From positions 8,790-72,789 of the forward strand of contig JAUXOG010000067.1 in the NCBI GenBank assembly GCA_030682385.1: DNA of 64,000 nucleotides, written 5' to 3'. Positions 30,029 through 40,183 of the stretch are shown one piece after another (position 1 is the first letter of the stretch; the number at the start of each line of letters is the position of its first letter). The notes below the pieces were generated by a model. It saw only the letters and a program-made list of their open reading frames with translations. It did not search any database and had not been told where the DNA came from. A program made the translations under genes and the position numbers. The stretch comes from Bacteroidota bacterium (GTDB lineage: Bacteria > Bacteroidota > Ignavibacteria > UBA10030 > BY39).

Positions 30029-30592
30029 CTATCGTTGTTTTGATGTTATTGATAAAAGCTGTACTGTATCGAAAAATAACTTTCGGGATTTTTTCAATTC
30101 TTCCTTGACGGTGGCTAAAGAGAATTTACCGCCATGAACAATGCTGTTTCTACGGTCTCTTACAATTTCCAGTTCTTTCAATAATCTCGGTGATTCGGAA
30201 CTAACCTTCTTTCCAGTCGCATCTTTGAAACCTTTAGTAAGTCTTTCAGATATTTTCCAATGAATTTTAAGGTAGCATTCTTTGGACATTCCAATTTTCT
30301 TTGTGTCCAAGTTATCTCTTAGCCAGGCAGAGACAAAAAGTTCAAGTGCTGAAAAATACGAGACCAATGCTATCCACTTCAACCGACTTTTCTGAATGCC
30401 TTGTGCTTCTTCAGCCCTTGCGCCTAGTTCATCCGCGATTGCCGCATAGTTGCGTGAAATAGCTCCCAGAAATTTGTACCTACACTGGAAGCCGCATTTG
30501 GGACACTTCATCAATGTTGCAAAGCTTCTCCTATTTTTAGTCTGGGGCATCATTTTAGTTTTTCTGCAACTTGGACAAGCAGCACCGTTCAT
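30029..30592 (-). CDS. Zinc-ribbon protein with a C-terminal R-x4-H (HEPN-like) motif. Candidate toxin or defence effector
   Basis: CPSCRK-x19-CPKCGFQC forms a CxxC...CxxC ribbon. RRNSIVHGG near the C-terminus fits the HEPN Rx4-6H signature. The ATG at 30592 is preferred over the TTG track start at 30613. Last gene of a tight three-gene operon. Confidence 0.4.
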   Translation of the reverse strand: MNGAACPSCRKTKMMPQTKNRRSFATLMKCPKCGFQCRYKFLGAISRNYAAIADELGARAEEAQGIQKSRLKWIALVSYFSALELFVSAWLRDNLDTKKIGMSKECYLKIHWKISERLTKGFKDATGKKVSSESPRLLKELEIVRDRRNSIVHGGKFSLATVKEELKKSRKLFFDTVQLLSITSKQR

Positions 30593-30614
30593 ATTCTTAC
30601 CTAACGAAATCAAT

Positions 30615-30875
30615 CTATTCGCCTTTTATTCTTCTTCTAATTTTCCGATGCGGATCGGGGTTGTTCGGCCAAAGGCTGGGTCCCTTGCGAGGTTTCACAG
30701 ACTTCTCTACAGGAGGTTCTGCAATTTTCTTCCAAATCCCATTTCCTAAATTCTCGATGCAATTATTACTTTCTAAGTATATCTTTACCTTCAGGAAGTT
30801 TCGATGTTCCTTTTCATTAAATTTCTCTCCAATTTCCATTTTACGAAAGGTATTTTCTATCCAGGGATTAAACAT
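30615..30875 (-). CDS. Hypothetical 86-aa protein with a basic C-terminus (middle gene of the three-gene operon)
   Basis: ATG start confirmed. 1-nt gap to the downstream gene. No family recognised. Confidence 0.4.
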   Translation of the reverse strand: MFNPWIENTFRKMEIGEKFNEKEHRNFLKVKIYLESNNCIENLGNGIWKKIAEPPVEKSVKPRKGPSLWPNNPDPHRKIRRRIKGE

Positions 30876-30887
30876 AAAGCCTTCCCC

Positions 30888-31187
30888 TTAATTTTCATTG
30901 GGAAGTTGACTTAAAAAAACTTTTACTTCCTCAGTGGTATAAAATTTCTTTTTGGGTAACCATTGTTCACCATCCTTTTTCTGATAAGAATAGAAAGGTG
31001 AAGAAGATTTATCTTGAGCAACCTTCAAGATTCTCTTTTCCTCTGATATAATGATTGCAACAGCAGTAACTTTGTCCTGAGTAGTGTGTGTCCATGGGTC
31101 ATTGCTAAGATGTTTCAGCGGATTCTCAATTTCTGTCAATTTGAAGTTGAGTTCAGATTCATCTGGAGTTATATTTTGTGGGTACAT
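30888..31187 (-). CDS. Hypothetical 99-aa protein (first gene of the three-gene operon)
   Basis: ATG start confirmed. 12-nt gap to the next gene. No family recognised. Confidence 0.4.
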   Translation of the reverse strand: MYPQNITPDESELNFKLTEIENPLKHLSNDPWTHTTQDKVTAVAIIISEEKRILKVAQDKSSSPFYSYQKKDGEQWLPKKKFYTTEEVKVFLSQLPNEN

Positions 31188-31669
31188 ATGTCGTTGTGCC
31201 TTAGTATTTATTCAAATGAAACTCACTTACTTCTCTAATCTTATTTGAAATTCTAACTTCATCAATAATACCAACAATTCCATAAAAAAAAGTTCCATTA
31301 TTATAAGAACCTATCGTAGGTGGGTAACCAGAGCCAGTTGAGACAAAACTTCCACTAGCAAGATCAACTTCCCGTTGGAGAACACCGTCAATAAAAAGTC
31401 GCTCTTTACGTGTTACAAAGTCGACCTGTGCTACCACATGATACCAGACACGTGAATGTAGTGTCGTTGAATGGATTATGGGCCACCCCCCCGTTGTATG
31501 TGCACCAAAGAAGATAGCCGAGTCGGGAGATGTAGCAAGCTGTACTTCGCCATCATTTCCGTTATAGTAGATATCCTTGCCCTGGTGTCCAATTTGTAAC
31601 TTTGACCCACGCTTCAATTGTCTGCTGTTGCGGTACAGACCCAAAAAGCGAAGTGCCGAGCGTAACTGG

Positions 31670-33175
31670 GGTATTATAATCCCAGATTGTTCAATAGGGC
31701 ATAATTTCTAATGACCGCCATTAGGAAAAAGCATAGCTAAGTTGTTATTTTATAGTAAGTTGTGCTATATTAGTCGAGCATAAAAACGATAATTTAACGA
31801 GTAAGAAAAGCATACATCAAAATGGAACTAAAAATCGAGTTTACCGACAAAGAGATCACTCCTTGGGGCGGCATGGTTTTAATGAAACAGTTGATAGAGA
31901 AGACAAAGATAAATGAAATATTAGAACGTCTTCCACTACCTGCTCAAAACTCAAATCGAGGTTATAACCCGATACAGTTGATAAACAATTTTTGGGTAAG
32001 CATATGGAGCGGAGCCAGTCGTTTTGAGCATTTAGAAGTGACAAGAATGGACAAAGTAATACAGAAAATATTTCGTTGGAAACAAATGGCTGGGCATAAA
32101 TCTTTCCAAAGATATTTTAAGAAATTCGGACAAGCAGATAACCAGCGAGTATTTACCGAACTATTCAACTGGTTTTTCAAACAGATAAAATTCGATAACT
32201 ACACATTAGATTTAGACTCAACGATAATGACAAGATATGGGAATCAACAAGGGGCGAAGAAAGGTTATAATCCGAAGAAGCCGGGGCGAAATAGTCATCA
32301 TCCTTTGATAGCATTTGTAGCAGATGTACGAATGACGGTAAACTTTTGGTTAAGAAGCGGGAACTCATATACAACAAATAATTTTTACAATTTTCTTGAA
32401 AACACCTTTGAGCGATTAGAAGGAAAGACTATAGGACTCTTAAGAGCAGACAGTGGGTTTTATGATAAAAAGATATTAGAATACTTGGAAAATCGAACAA
32501 AACCGGTCAATTACATAATAGCGGCAAAATTTTACAGACCTTTAAAACTAGCCATAGCAAGAGAGAAAACCTATTTAAGATTAGATGATGGGATAGAGAT
32601 AAGTGATACTATGTACCAAAGTCCTGAATGGGAAAAACCAAGACGTATGATAATAGTAAGACAAGAAATAAACCTACGTCCAAAAGCAACGGGAAAGCAG
32701 TTGCGGTTATTTGGAGAAGAAGAAGTATATAAAAATTACCGTTATAGTTGTTTAATAACCAACCTTAGCTTGTCGGCAAAGATGATATGGGATGCATACC
32801 GAAACAGAGCAGATGCAGAGAATCGAATAAAGGAATTGAAAGAAGATTTTGGAGCCGATAGTTTTAATGTAGAAAATTTCTTTGCGACTGAGGCAGCACT
32901 AAACTTTGTAGTGATGGGTTATAATTTGATGAGTTTATTTAGACAAGCAATACTACAAACAAAAACACAGCAACAATTAAAAACACTACGGTATAGAGTA
33001 TTTGCTATTGGCGCATACATTACAAAAAATGGTAATGATAGGATATTAAAATTATCATTAGCAATGAAACGGCGAAGCTGGTTTGAAGGACTTTGGTCGA
33101 GTACAAATCTTTTCAGCTGGCCGTTTGTTGCATTAAAAGAAAATTTCTAATGACAAATCTGGGATAATTAAAACT
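31670..33175 (+). mobile_element. Insertion sequence, IS4/IS1380-family-like, ~1.5 kb
   Basis: One transposase ORF. Imperfect terminal inverted repeats TTATAATCCCAGATT (left) and AATCTGGGATAATTAA (right). Boundaries are approximate and the target-site duplication is unresolved (possibly AACT). Confidence 0.7.
31822..33150 (+). CDS. DDE transposase (IS4/IS1380 family)
   Basis: 442 aa. NSHHPLIAFVADVRMTVNFWLRSGNSYTTNN and LLRADSGFYDKKILEYLE are characteristic DDE_Tnp_1-like blocks. Confidence 0.8.
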   Translation: MELKIEFTDKEITPWGGMVLMKQLIEKTKINEILERLPLPAQNSNRGYNPIQLINNFWVSIWSGASRFEHLEVTRMDKVIQKIFRWKQMAGHKSFQRYFKKFGQADNQRVFTELFNWFFKQIKFDNYTLDLDSTIMTRYGNQQGAKKGYNPKKPGRNSHHPLIAFVADVRMTVNFWLRSGNSYTTNNFYNFLENTFERLEGKTIGLLRADSGFYDKKILEYLENRTKPVNYIIAAKFYRPLKLAIAREKTYLRLDDGIEISDTMYQSPEWEKPRRMIIVRQEINLRPKATGKQLRLFGEEEVYKNYRYSCLITNLSLSAKMIWDAYRNRADAENRIKELKEDFGADSFNVENFFATEAALNFVVMGYNLMSLFRQAILQTKTQQQLKTLRYRVFAIGAYITKNGNDRILKLSLAMKRRSWFEGLWSSTNLFSWPFVALKENF

Positions 33176-35109
33176 TCTGGCATTTCCCCATTTCCCAACA
33201 ACTATTGCTGCATTGTTTGATATTCCGGTGTGTCCATTACCACTTGCATCTGCGACTGTGTTACCACTTGTTTCATCAAAGTGATAAAGTGCAATTGTAT
33301 TAGCATCGGTGGTATAAGGTCCACTATTAGAAGAAAGTGTTGTCACGTTTCTTTCGTTCGAATCACTCGTTAAGTTGCTATTATTCACTACCCTCACTTT
33401 GAAATAGTAAGTTGTATTTTGAGTCAATCCGCTCACCGTTGTGCTCGTAGTTGATTTGGATGCAATTGTCTGATATAACGTTCCTGAACTCGGAGTGAAA
33501 CTGCTTGTGGTTGATTTATGAATCTCATACTGTTTAAAATCAGCATCATTATTCTGGCTCCAACTCAAATTTACAGAAGATGTAGTAATGTTGGTTGGAA
33601 CGTACAGCGTTACAGACGTTGGGTTGCTTGCCGCCGGAACAGTCATAGAAACATTAACTGAATCGTTTCCGCCATTTGACGTAACGCTGAGCTTTCCCGA
33701 ATAATTTCCAGCGCCTAAACCAGAGCGATTTACATAAACATTTACAGTCATTTGATTGCTTCCGTTAGAAGGATTCACTGTCAGCCAATTTTGGTTTGAA
33801 GAAACTTGCCAGTTCAATGTACCAGACCCGCCGTTGGAAATATTGAAGTTTAAATTTGTTAATGTGCTGCCAAAATCCAATTGCTTTGTAGATAATGCTA
33901 ATGTTGGAACAGTTGGAGTCCTCATTTGAATTGCGACAGATTGACTTCCTCCATTTGAGGTAATATTTACTTGACCTGCATAACTATTTCCAGCCGTCAA
34001 TCCCGCCCTACTTACTTGAACTGTTACTACGTCTGTTTCGCTTCTTGTCGAATCATTTGTCGGAACGACGGAAATCCACGCTTGCGGAGATGCTGCTGAC
34101 CAGTTGAGCGTTCCCGTTCCCGTGTTAGAGATATTGAACTGAAGATCAATTTTGTCTAACCCAAAATCAAGTAATAAAGGCGAGGCGGTAAGTTGAGGTA
34201 AATTAGGATTCTGTACAGTCATAGTTATTGCAATATCTTTATTGCCGCCGTTGGAAGTGACAGTCAGTGTATTGTTGTAATTTCCATAGCTTAGTCCAGT
34301 GCGATTTACAGTTAAAGTTAGTGTGCTGGTGCCTGTCGTTAGCGATCCAGAAGCCGGATTCACTGTCAACCAATCAGCACTTTTGATGATAGACCAATTT
34401 ATAGTCCCAATTTGTGTTGTGTTCGTGAGTATGCAAGTTAAAGTTGTGATCCCAACGCCAAAATCAAGATTAGAACTTGAGACAGATAATTGCGGCAATA
34501 ATAATTCTAATTGAATGTCCGCAGACGCAGTGTAGCCTTCCTTCACTGCTACATTGATTGAGTTTTGTTTATAACCATCCTTAGTTGCAATTACACTATA
34601 TTGCCCCGATGAGACATTTGAAATCACGTAATTACCAAAACCATCCGTTGTTACTACAGAAGTCGTTGGATTAGTTGTAATAAGTGCACCTGATAAACCG
34701 TTATTAGTTATTTTTTCAGCAACCCTACCACTTATTTTTGTTTCAACTACTGGCACTTCCGTAGGTTTCTGTTTGCATGTGTTGAATAAAAATATTACTG
34801 TGATGATTAAACTTATTATTAAACATTTCATATGCTACCCTACAAATGACCCAATAATAAATAGCTTCCGTTATATGTGAAGATCTGCAGGTAGAAAACT
34901 ACCTACGTTATCTATGTGAAGTCTGCCAATGATTAAGTTTCTGAAATAATATCTGAATGTCAAGTAAAAAGGAGTAAACGAAGTAATATGCAAACACAGA
35001 GAAATTAGTAAATGTTTTAAAACAAAAATTAGGAATTTTCACCAAATTTCCTTATTAATTTATTACTTTTTTAACAAACTTCAGCACAACGAATATTCAT
35101 CAGTAGATT

Positions 35110-35952
35110 ATGGCAAATATAAAATTATTTGAAACAAAAAAAATTCGTTCTCAATGGGATGAACAAGAGCAGAAATGGTATTTTGCAATTGTTGATGTTG
35201 TTGCAGTGCTAACTGAGAGTGTTGATGCTCAGGCGTATTGGCGAAAGCTAAAAGAACGCCTTAAAAAGGAGGGAAATGAAACCGTGACAAACTGTCACGC
35301 TTTGAAAATGCAAGCAATGGACGGAAAAATGCGCCTCACCGATGTGGCAGATGTCCAGCAGATGCTTCGTCTAATCCAATCTATTCCTTCTCCAAATGCA
35401 GAACCTTTCAAACTCTGGTTAGCAAAAGTTGGGAATGAACGACTTGAGGAAATTGAGAATCCCGAGCTTGCACAAATGCGTATGCGTGAAATATATAAGG
35501 CAAAGGGTTACAGCGATGAATGGATCGAAAAGCGTGTCCGCGGCATTGCAGTAAGGGATGAGCTTACGAATGAATGGAAGAAGCGGGGTGTGAAAGAAGC
35601 AAAGGAATATGCAATCCTCACTGCCGAAATAAGCAAAGCCACATTTGGTTTAGTGCCAAGTGATTATAAAAAGCTAAAAGGATTAACGAAACCGCAGGAG
35701 AATTTGCGCGACCATATGAATGATCTTGAATTAATTTTTACCATGTTGGGCGAAGCAGCCACAACGGAAATAGCTCGAAATAAAGATGCGCAGGGTTTTC
35801 CTGAAAATGAGCAAGCCGCAGTCGAAGGTGGTACAGTGGCAGGAAATGCCAGAAAAGAATTGGAAAAGAAATCGGGCAGACAAGTAGTAACAAGTCAGAA
35901 TTATAAATTATTTTCAGAGAAAAAGGTACGACAACTAAGAAAGAAAAAGTAA
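35110..35952 (+). CDS. DinD/Bro-N-like (phage antirepressor-like, DNA-damage-inducible protein D family) protein
   Basis: KIRSQWDEQEQKWYFAIVDVVAVLTES ... AQAYWRKLKERL ... IQSIPSPNAEPFKLWLAKVG resembles the DinD/Bro-N N-terminal module. Identified from sequence memory only. Confidence 0.5.
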   Translation: MANIKLFETKKIRSQWDEQEQKWYFAIVDVVAVLTESVDAQAYWRKLKERLKKEGNETVTNCHALKMQAMDGKMRLTDVADVQQMLRLIQSIPSPNAEPFKLWLAKVGNERLEEIENPELAQMRMREIYKAKGYSDEWIEKRVRGIAVRDELTNEWKKRGVKEAKEYAILTAEISKATFGLVPSDYKKLKGLTKPQENLRDHMNDLELIFTMLGEAATTEIARNKDAQGFPENEQAAVEGGTVAGNARKELEKKSGRQVVTSQNYKLFSEKKVRQLRKKK

Positions 35953-36011
35953 TTTGTTAACATAAAATAAAGACAAACAAACCTCAGATATAAATTTCGT
36001 TAGGAGATTAC

Positions 36012-37523
36012 ATGGAAAAATTTAAACAAAGCGTTTTTGAACTAATCAGCCAAACATCGGCAAACTTACCGCCCGATGTCCGCAAAGCAATATCAAAAGC
36101 AATGGGCGACGAAACGCCAAACACACAAGCCGCACTCGCACTCAGCACAATTGCCATCAACATTGATATGGCACAGCAAAGCATTGCCCCAATTTGTCAG
36201 GATACGGGTATGCCGACATTCTTCATCCACACACCTGTCGGTATAAACCAAGTTGCGATGAAGAAAGCAATCGAAGAAGCAATTGTAGAAGCGACGAAAG
36301 CAGGAAGACTACGTCCGAACTCTGTTGATTCAATCACGGGTAAAAATTCTGGAAATAATCTCGGTCCCGGAACTCCCGTTTATCACTTCGAACAGTGGGA
36401 GAAAGATGATATCGAAGTTAAGCTTCTTCTCAAAGGAGGAGGATGCGAAAATAAAAATATCCAATACTCGGTTCCTGTAACTTTAGAAAATTTAGGGAGA
36501 GCTGATAGAGATTTAGAAGGTGTGCGAAAATGTATAATGCACGCAGTGTGGCAAGCACAAGGACACGGTTGCAGTGTGGGGTCGCTTGGAGTTTGTATCG
36601 GCTCCGACCGAGCGACAGGTTACGACTTAGCAAAGCAACAATTCCTAAGAACTCTCGACGATGTAAATCCTAATCCACAACTTGCTGAACTTGAAAACAA
36701 AATAATGGAAGATGCCAACAAACTCAACATCGGAACGATGGGCTTTGGCGGCAAAACTACTTTAATCGGATGCAAGATTACTGCTGCTAACCGATTGCCA
36801 GCAAGCTTCTTCGTGTCTGTCGCATACGACTGCTGGGCATTCAGAAGGTTGGGCGTTATTATAGATCCGAAGACGGGAGAAATTAAGAGTTGGCTTTACA
36901 AGGGTACAGAAGAAATTAAAAAGATGGCAGACTATGAGAATATCAAGCTGACAGGAAAAGAAATAAAAATAGATACACCGATAAGTGAGGAGAAAATCCG
37001 CTCACTAAAAGTCGGCGATGTTGTTTTACTGAATGGAATAATTTACACGGGACGCGATGCCATGCATGCGTATCTTGTTAAACACGACTCGCCTATTGAT
37101 TTAAAAGGCGGAGTAATTTACCACTGTGGACCTGTTATGTTAAAGAAAGATGGCGAGTGGTTTGCCAATGCAGCCGGTCCGACGACAAGCGGAAGAGAAG
37201 AACCTTATCAAGCCGATGTTATTAAAAAATTTGGTGTTCGTGCTGTTATCGGTAAAGGTGGTATGGGAAAGAGGACTTCGGATGCCTTAAAAGAATTCGG
37301 AGCAGTCTATCTCAACGCAATAGGGGGTGCGGCACAATATTACGCAAAGTGTATTACTAAAGTGGAAAGTGTTAATTTTCTTGAAGAATTCGGCATTCCT
37401 GAGGCAATGTGGCATTTACGCGTTGTTGATTTCCCGGCAATCGTTACAATGGATGCTGCCGGAAACAGCTTGCACGCAGATATCGAAAAAGCTTCAGCAG
37501 AAGAACTCAAAAAATTTGTATAA
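36012..37523 (+). CDS. fumA: Class I fumarate hydratase (Fe-S hydro-lyase, fused alpha/beta)
   Basis: 503 aa with a CQDTGMP catalytic-region motif. The C-terminal beta-domain is fused. Confidence 0.75.
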   Translation: MEKFKQSVFELISQTSANLPPDVRKAISKAMGDETPNTQAALALSTIAINIDMAQQSIAPICQDTGMPTFFIHTPVGINQVAMKKAIEEAIVEATKAGRLRPNSVDSITGKNSGNNLGPGTPVYHFEQWEKDDIEVKLLLKGGGCENKNIQYSVPVTLENLGRADRDLEGVRKCIMHAVWQAQGHGCSVGSLGVCIGSDRATGYDLAKQQFLRTLDDVNPNPQLAELENKIMEDANKLNIGTMGFGGKTTLIGCKITAANRLPASFFVSVAYDCWAFRRLGVIIDPKTGEIKSWLYKGTEEIKKMADYENIKLTGKEIKIDTPISEEKIRSLKVGDVVLLNGIIYTGRDAMHAYLVKHDSPIDLKGGVIYHCGPVMLKKDGEWFANAAGPTTSGREEPYQADVIKKFGVRAVIGKGGMGKRTSDALKEFGAVYLNAIGGAAQYYAKCITKVESVNFLEEFGIPEAMWHLRVVDFPAIVTMDAAGNSLHADIEKASAEELKKFV

Positions 37524-37723
37524 AATATAAATTTTATACATCGTCAACTTGAAAATTAGATATTTTACTGTTATATTACTTTCAGTTTAATCTGTTCATT
37601 TGTTCTTCCAATCCGTTTTGGACATATCAGTTCTTAAGGGAAATAGTTCTTATCGAATTTTTTTTAATTAGTTCTTAAATAATAATATTTGATAATCTCA
37701 AAAAAAATCAAAGGAGAATCAAA

Positions 37724-39004
37724 ATGGCTACACTCAAAGCAAAACTTGCTGAAATTATTCCTGGTCTTCGCGATGAGATCAAAAATCTCGTGAAAGAGCA
37801 CGGAGCAAAAGTAGTTTCAGAAGTAACAGTCGAACAATTATACGGTGGACAACGCGGCGTTAAATGCCTCGTTTGCGACACCTCTGAAGTCCCACCTGAC
37901 AAGGGATTGATAATTCGGGAGCGACCAATCGGTGAAATCAAAGACAAACTTCCCGAAGAAATTTTTTATTTACTCTGTACCGGCGAATTGCCCGATGCTG
38001 ATGCGCTCAAATCGCTGCAAGCCGATTTAGAAGCACGGCAGGATGTTCCGAGTTATGTATGGGATGTTTTAAAAGCAATGCCCAAAGATTCGCATCCGAT
38101 GGTAATGCTGAATACAGCAATACTCGTTATGGAAAAAGAATCGGTTTACCGTCAAAGATATAACGAGGGTATGAAGAAAGATGTTTACTGGGAACCGATG
38201 TTGGAAGATGCACTTAATTTGATGGCACGACTTCCGAACGTCGCAGCCGGAATTTATCGTATGCGTTTCAATAGAGGAGATAGAATCTCTCCGAAAAAAG
38301 GACTCGATTGGGCTGCGAATTATGTACACATGTTAGGTCTGCCCGATCCAAACGGTGAGTTCACAAAACTGATGCAGCTCTATTTAACTCTACACACCGA
38401 CCACGAAAGCGGTAACGTAAGCGCAGCAACTACTGCAACAGTTTCATCGGCGTTGAGCGATCTTTACTATGCAGTATCAGCCGGATTAAACGGACTTGCC
38501 GGTCCTTTACACGGACTTGCAAATCAGGAATGCCTTGCCTGGATTCTTGAGACGAATAAAAAATTCGGCGGCGCTCCGACTCCCGATCAACTTAGAACTT
38601 ACGCTCAGGAAACTTTGAACGCAGGAAGAGTGGTACCGGGTTACGGACACGCAGTATTAAGAATCACCGATCCACGCTTTGATGCTTTCTTGGCATTCGG
38701 CAAAAAATATTGCAGCGGTGATCCTGTGTTCGATTCAGTTGCACATGTATTCGATGTTGTTCCCGATGTCTTGAAACAAGTTCAGAAAATTAAAGACCCG
38801 TGGCCCAACGTTGATGCAGGCTCAGGTGCATTGTTGTATCATTACGGTATGACTGAATTCGATTACTATACAGTTCTGTTTAGTGTATCGCGTACACTCG
38901 GCGTGTCAGCCCAAGCTATTATTGCACGTGCGATGGGCTACCCGATTGTCAGACCGAAGTCGGTTACAACAAAATGGGTAAAAGCTCAGGTAACAAAAGC
39001 TTAA
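37724..39004 (+). CDS. gltA: Citrate synthase
   Basis: GYGHAVLRITDPRF active-site signature. 426 aa. Confidence 0.9.
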   Translation: MATLKAKLAEIIPGLRDEIKNLVKEHGAKVVSEVTVEQLYGGQRGVKCLVCDTSEVPPDKGLIIRERPIGEIKDKLPEEIFYLLCTGELPDADALKSLQADLEARQDVPSYVWDVLKAMPKDSHPMVMLNTAILVMEKESVYRQRYNEGMKKDVYWEPMLEDALNLMARLPNVAAGIYRMRFNRGDRISPKKGLDWAANYVHMLGLPDPNGEFTKLMQLYLTLHTDHESGNVSAATTATVSSALSDLYYAVSAGLNGLAGPLHGLANQECLAWILETNKKFGGAPTPDQLRTYAQETLNAGRVVPGYGHAVLRITDPRFDAFLAFGKKYCSGDPVFDSVAHVFDVVPDVLKQVQKIKDPWPNVDAGSGALLYHYGMTEFDYYTVLFSVSRTLGVSAQAIIARAMGYPIVRPKSVTTKWVKAQVTKA

Positions 39005-39028
39005 CAAATTGATTGTTATCTTCAATCC

Positions 39029-39066
39029 AAAGCCGACTCAAATAATAAGGGTCGGCTTTTTTATTA
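39029..39066 (+). terminator. Intrinsic terminator after citrate synthase
   Basis: aagccgac ... gtcggctt stem plus ttttttatt. Confidence 0.75.
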
Positions 39067-39106
39067 CATTTGCACATTTACAAAATTTTTAGTTTCTTAT
39101 TTCGAA

Positions 39107-39901
39107 ATGAAAGCCAACATCAACGGAATACGCATATACTACACAGAAAGCGGTAATCCTGCAGGACTTCCCGTCGTTTTCATACATGGTTTTCCTTTCA
39201 ACAGTTCAATGTGGACTCCTCAATTAAAATCAATCTCCGGCAAATACCGTGCGATTACTTTCGATGTAAGAGGTCACGGCGAAAGTGACTTCGGCGATGG
39301 GCAATTCTTGATTGAATTTTTTGTTGATGATTTATTCGGACTGCTCGACTATTTAAAAATTGAGAAAGCTGTTTTAGTAGGACTTTCGATGGGCGGTTAT
39401 ATCGCACTTCGAGCAATTGAACGCCATCCTGAGAGAGTTGCCGCATTGGTTTTGTGCGATACAAAATCTGCAGCCGACACGAACGAGGTAAAAATCAGAA
39501 GAGCACGGCAAATTCAGATTGTAAAGAGTGTAGGGATTGCCCGGTTTGCAGAAGATTTTTTAAAAGCAATTTTTTCGGAAGAAACTTTTATACGTCTTCC
39601 AAGCATCGTTGATATGATTAGAAACATTATTTTGAAAACTTCGCCGCTCTCTGTTGCTTCGACATTAATTGCACTGGCAGCAAGAACCGATACGACACGA
39701 GCTTTACCGGAAATAAAAGTTCCGACTTTAATAATGGTCGGCGAGAGAGATACACTCACAACACCTGCCGATGCGTTGGAGGTGAAAAATCAGATACCGA
39801 ATTCCGAGATGCACATAATTCCCAATGCCGCACACATGAGCAATTTAGAAAATTCTTCTGCATTCAATAAACACCTTTTCGATTTTTTAGAGAAGATTTG
39901 A
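39107..39901 (+). CDS. Alpha/beta-fold hydrolase
   Basis: VVFIHGFPFNSSMW and nucleophile elbow GLSMGG. 264 aa. Confidence 0.8.
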   Translation: MKANINGIRIYYTESGNPAGLPVVFIHGFPFNSSMWTPQLKSISGKYRAITFDVRGHGESDFGDGQFLIEFFVDDLFGLLDYLKIEKAVLVGLSMGGYIALRAIERHPERVAALVLCDTKSAADTNEVKIRRARQIQIVKSVGIARFAEDFLKAIFSEETFIRLPSIVDMIRNIILKTSPLSVASTLIALAARTDTTRALPEIKVPTLIMVGERDTLTTPADALEVKNQIPNSEMHIIPNAAHMSNLENSSAFNKHLFDFLEKI

Positions 39902-40183
39902 TTTTTATTTGGACTTATGTATATTAGCGTCAGTTTTGTTTTATAAAAGTTATCTCACGGGATAAAGACAACTATGGTTTACACGCATGTTCTCAATAGA
40001 GGGCTTGGTATTAAGAGTCCGTTAGACTGAATTAGTTAAGGATGATAGATATGCACAACCTATTTTTAAATATTTACAAAATAAACGAAAATCGAAACAT
40101 TTGGGTGATAGATATGCAGCGCCGTGCATATATGTATTCGTTAATAAACTAAACGGTGCAGTATAAGCAATAGTTAGGCATAA

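Larger units (their letters stand above)
31201..34831 (-). pseudogene. IS-disrupted gene for a secreted CarbopepD-reg / 3xBACON / FN3 / LamG-domain surface protein
   Basis: N-terminal fragment 33173-34831: signal peptide, three repeats of the LDFG..NW..W..SNGG.. type (BACON-like), an FN3 region, and the start of LamG (HFDETSGNTVADASGNGHTG...GKWGNARSF), followed by IS-derived junk. C-terminal fragment 31201-31671 continues LamG in frame (..WYHVVAQVDFVTRKERLFIDGVLQ..). The IS lies between the two. Confidence 0.75.
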
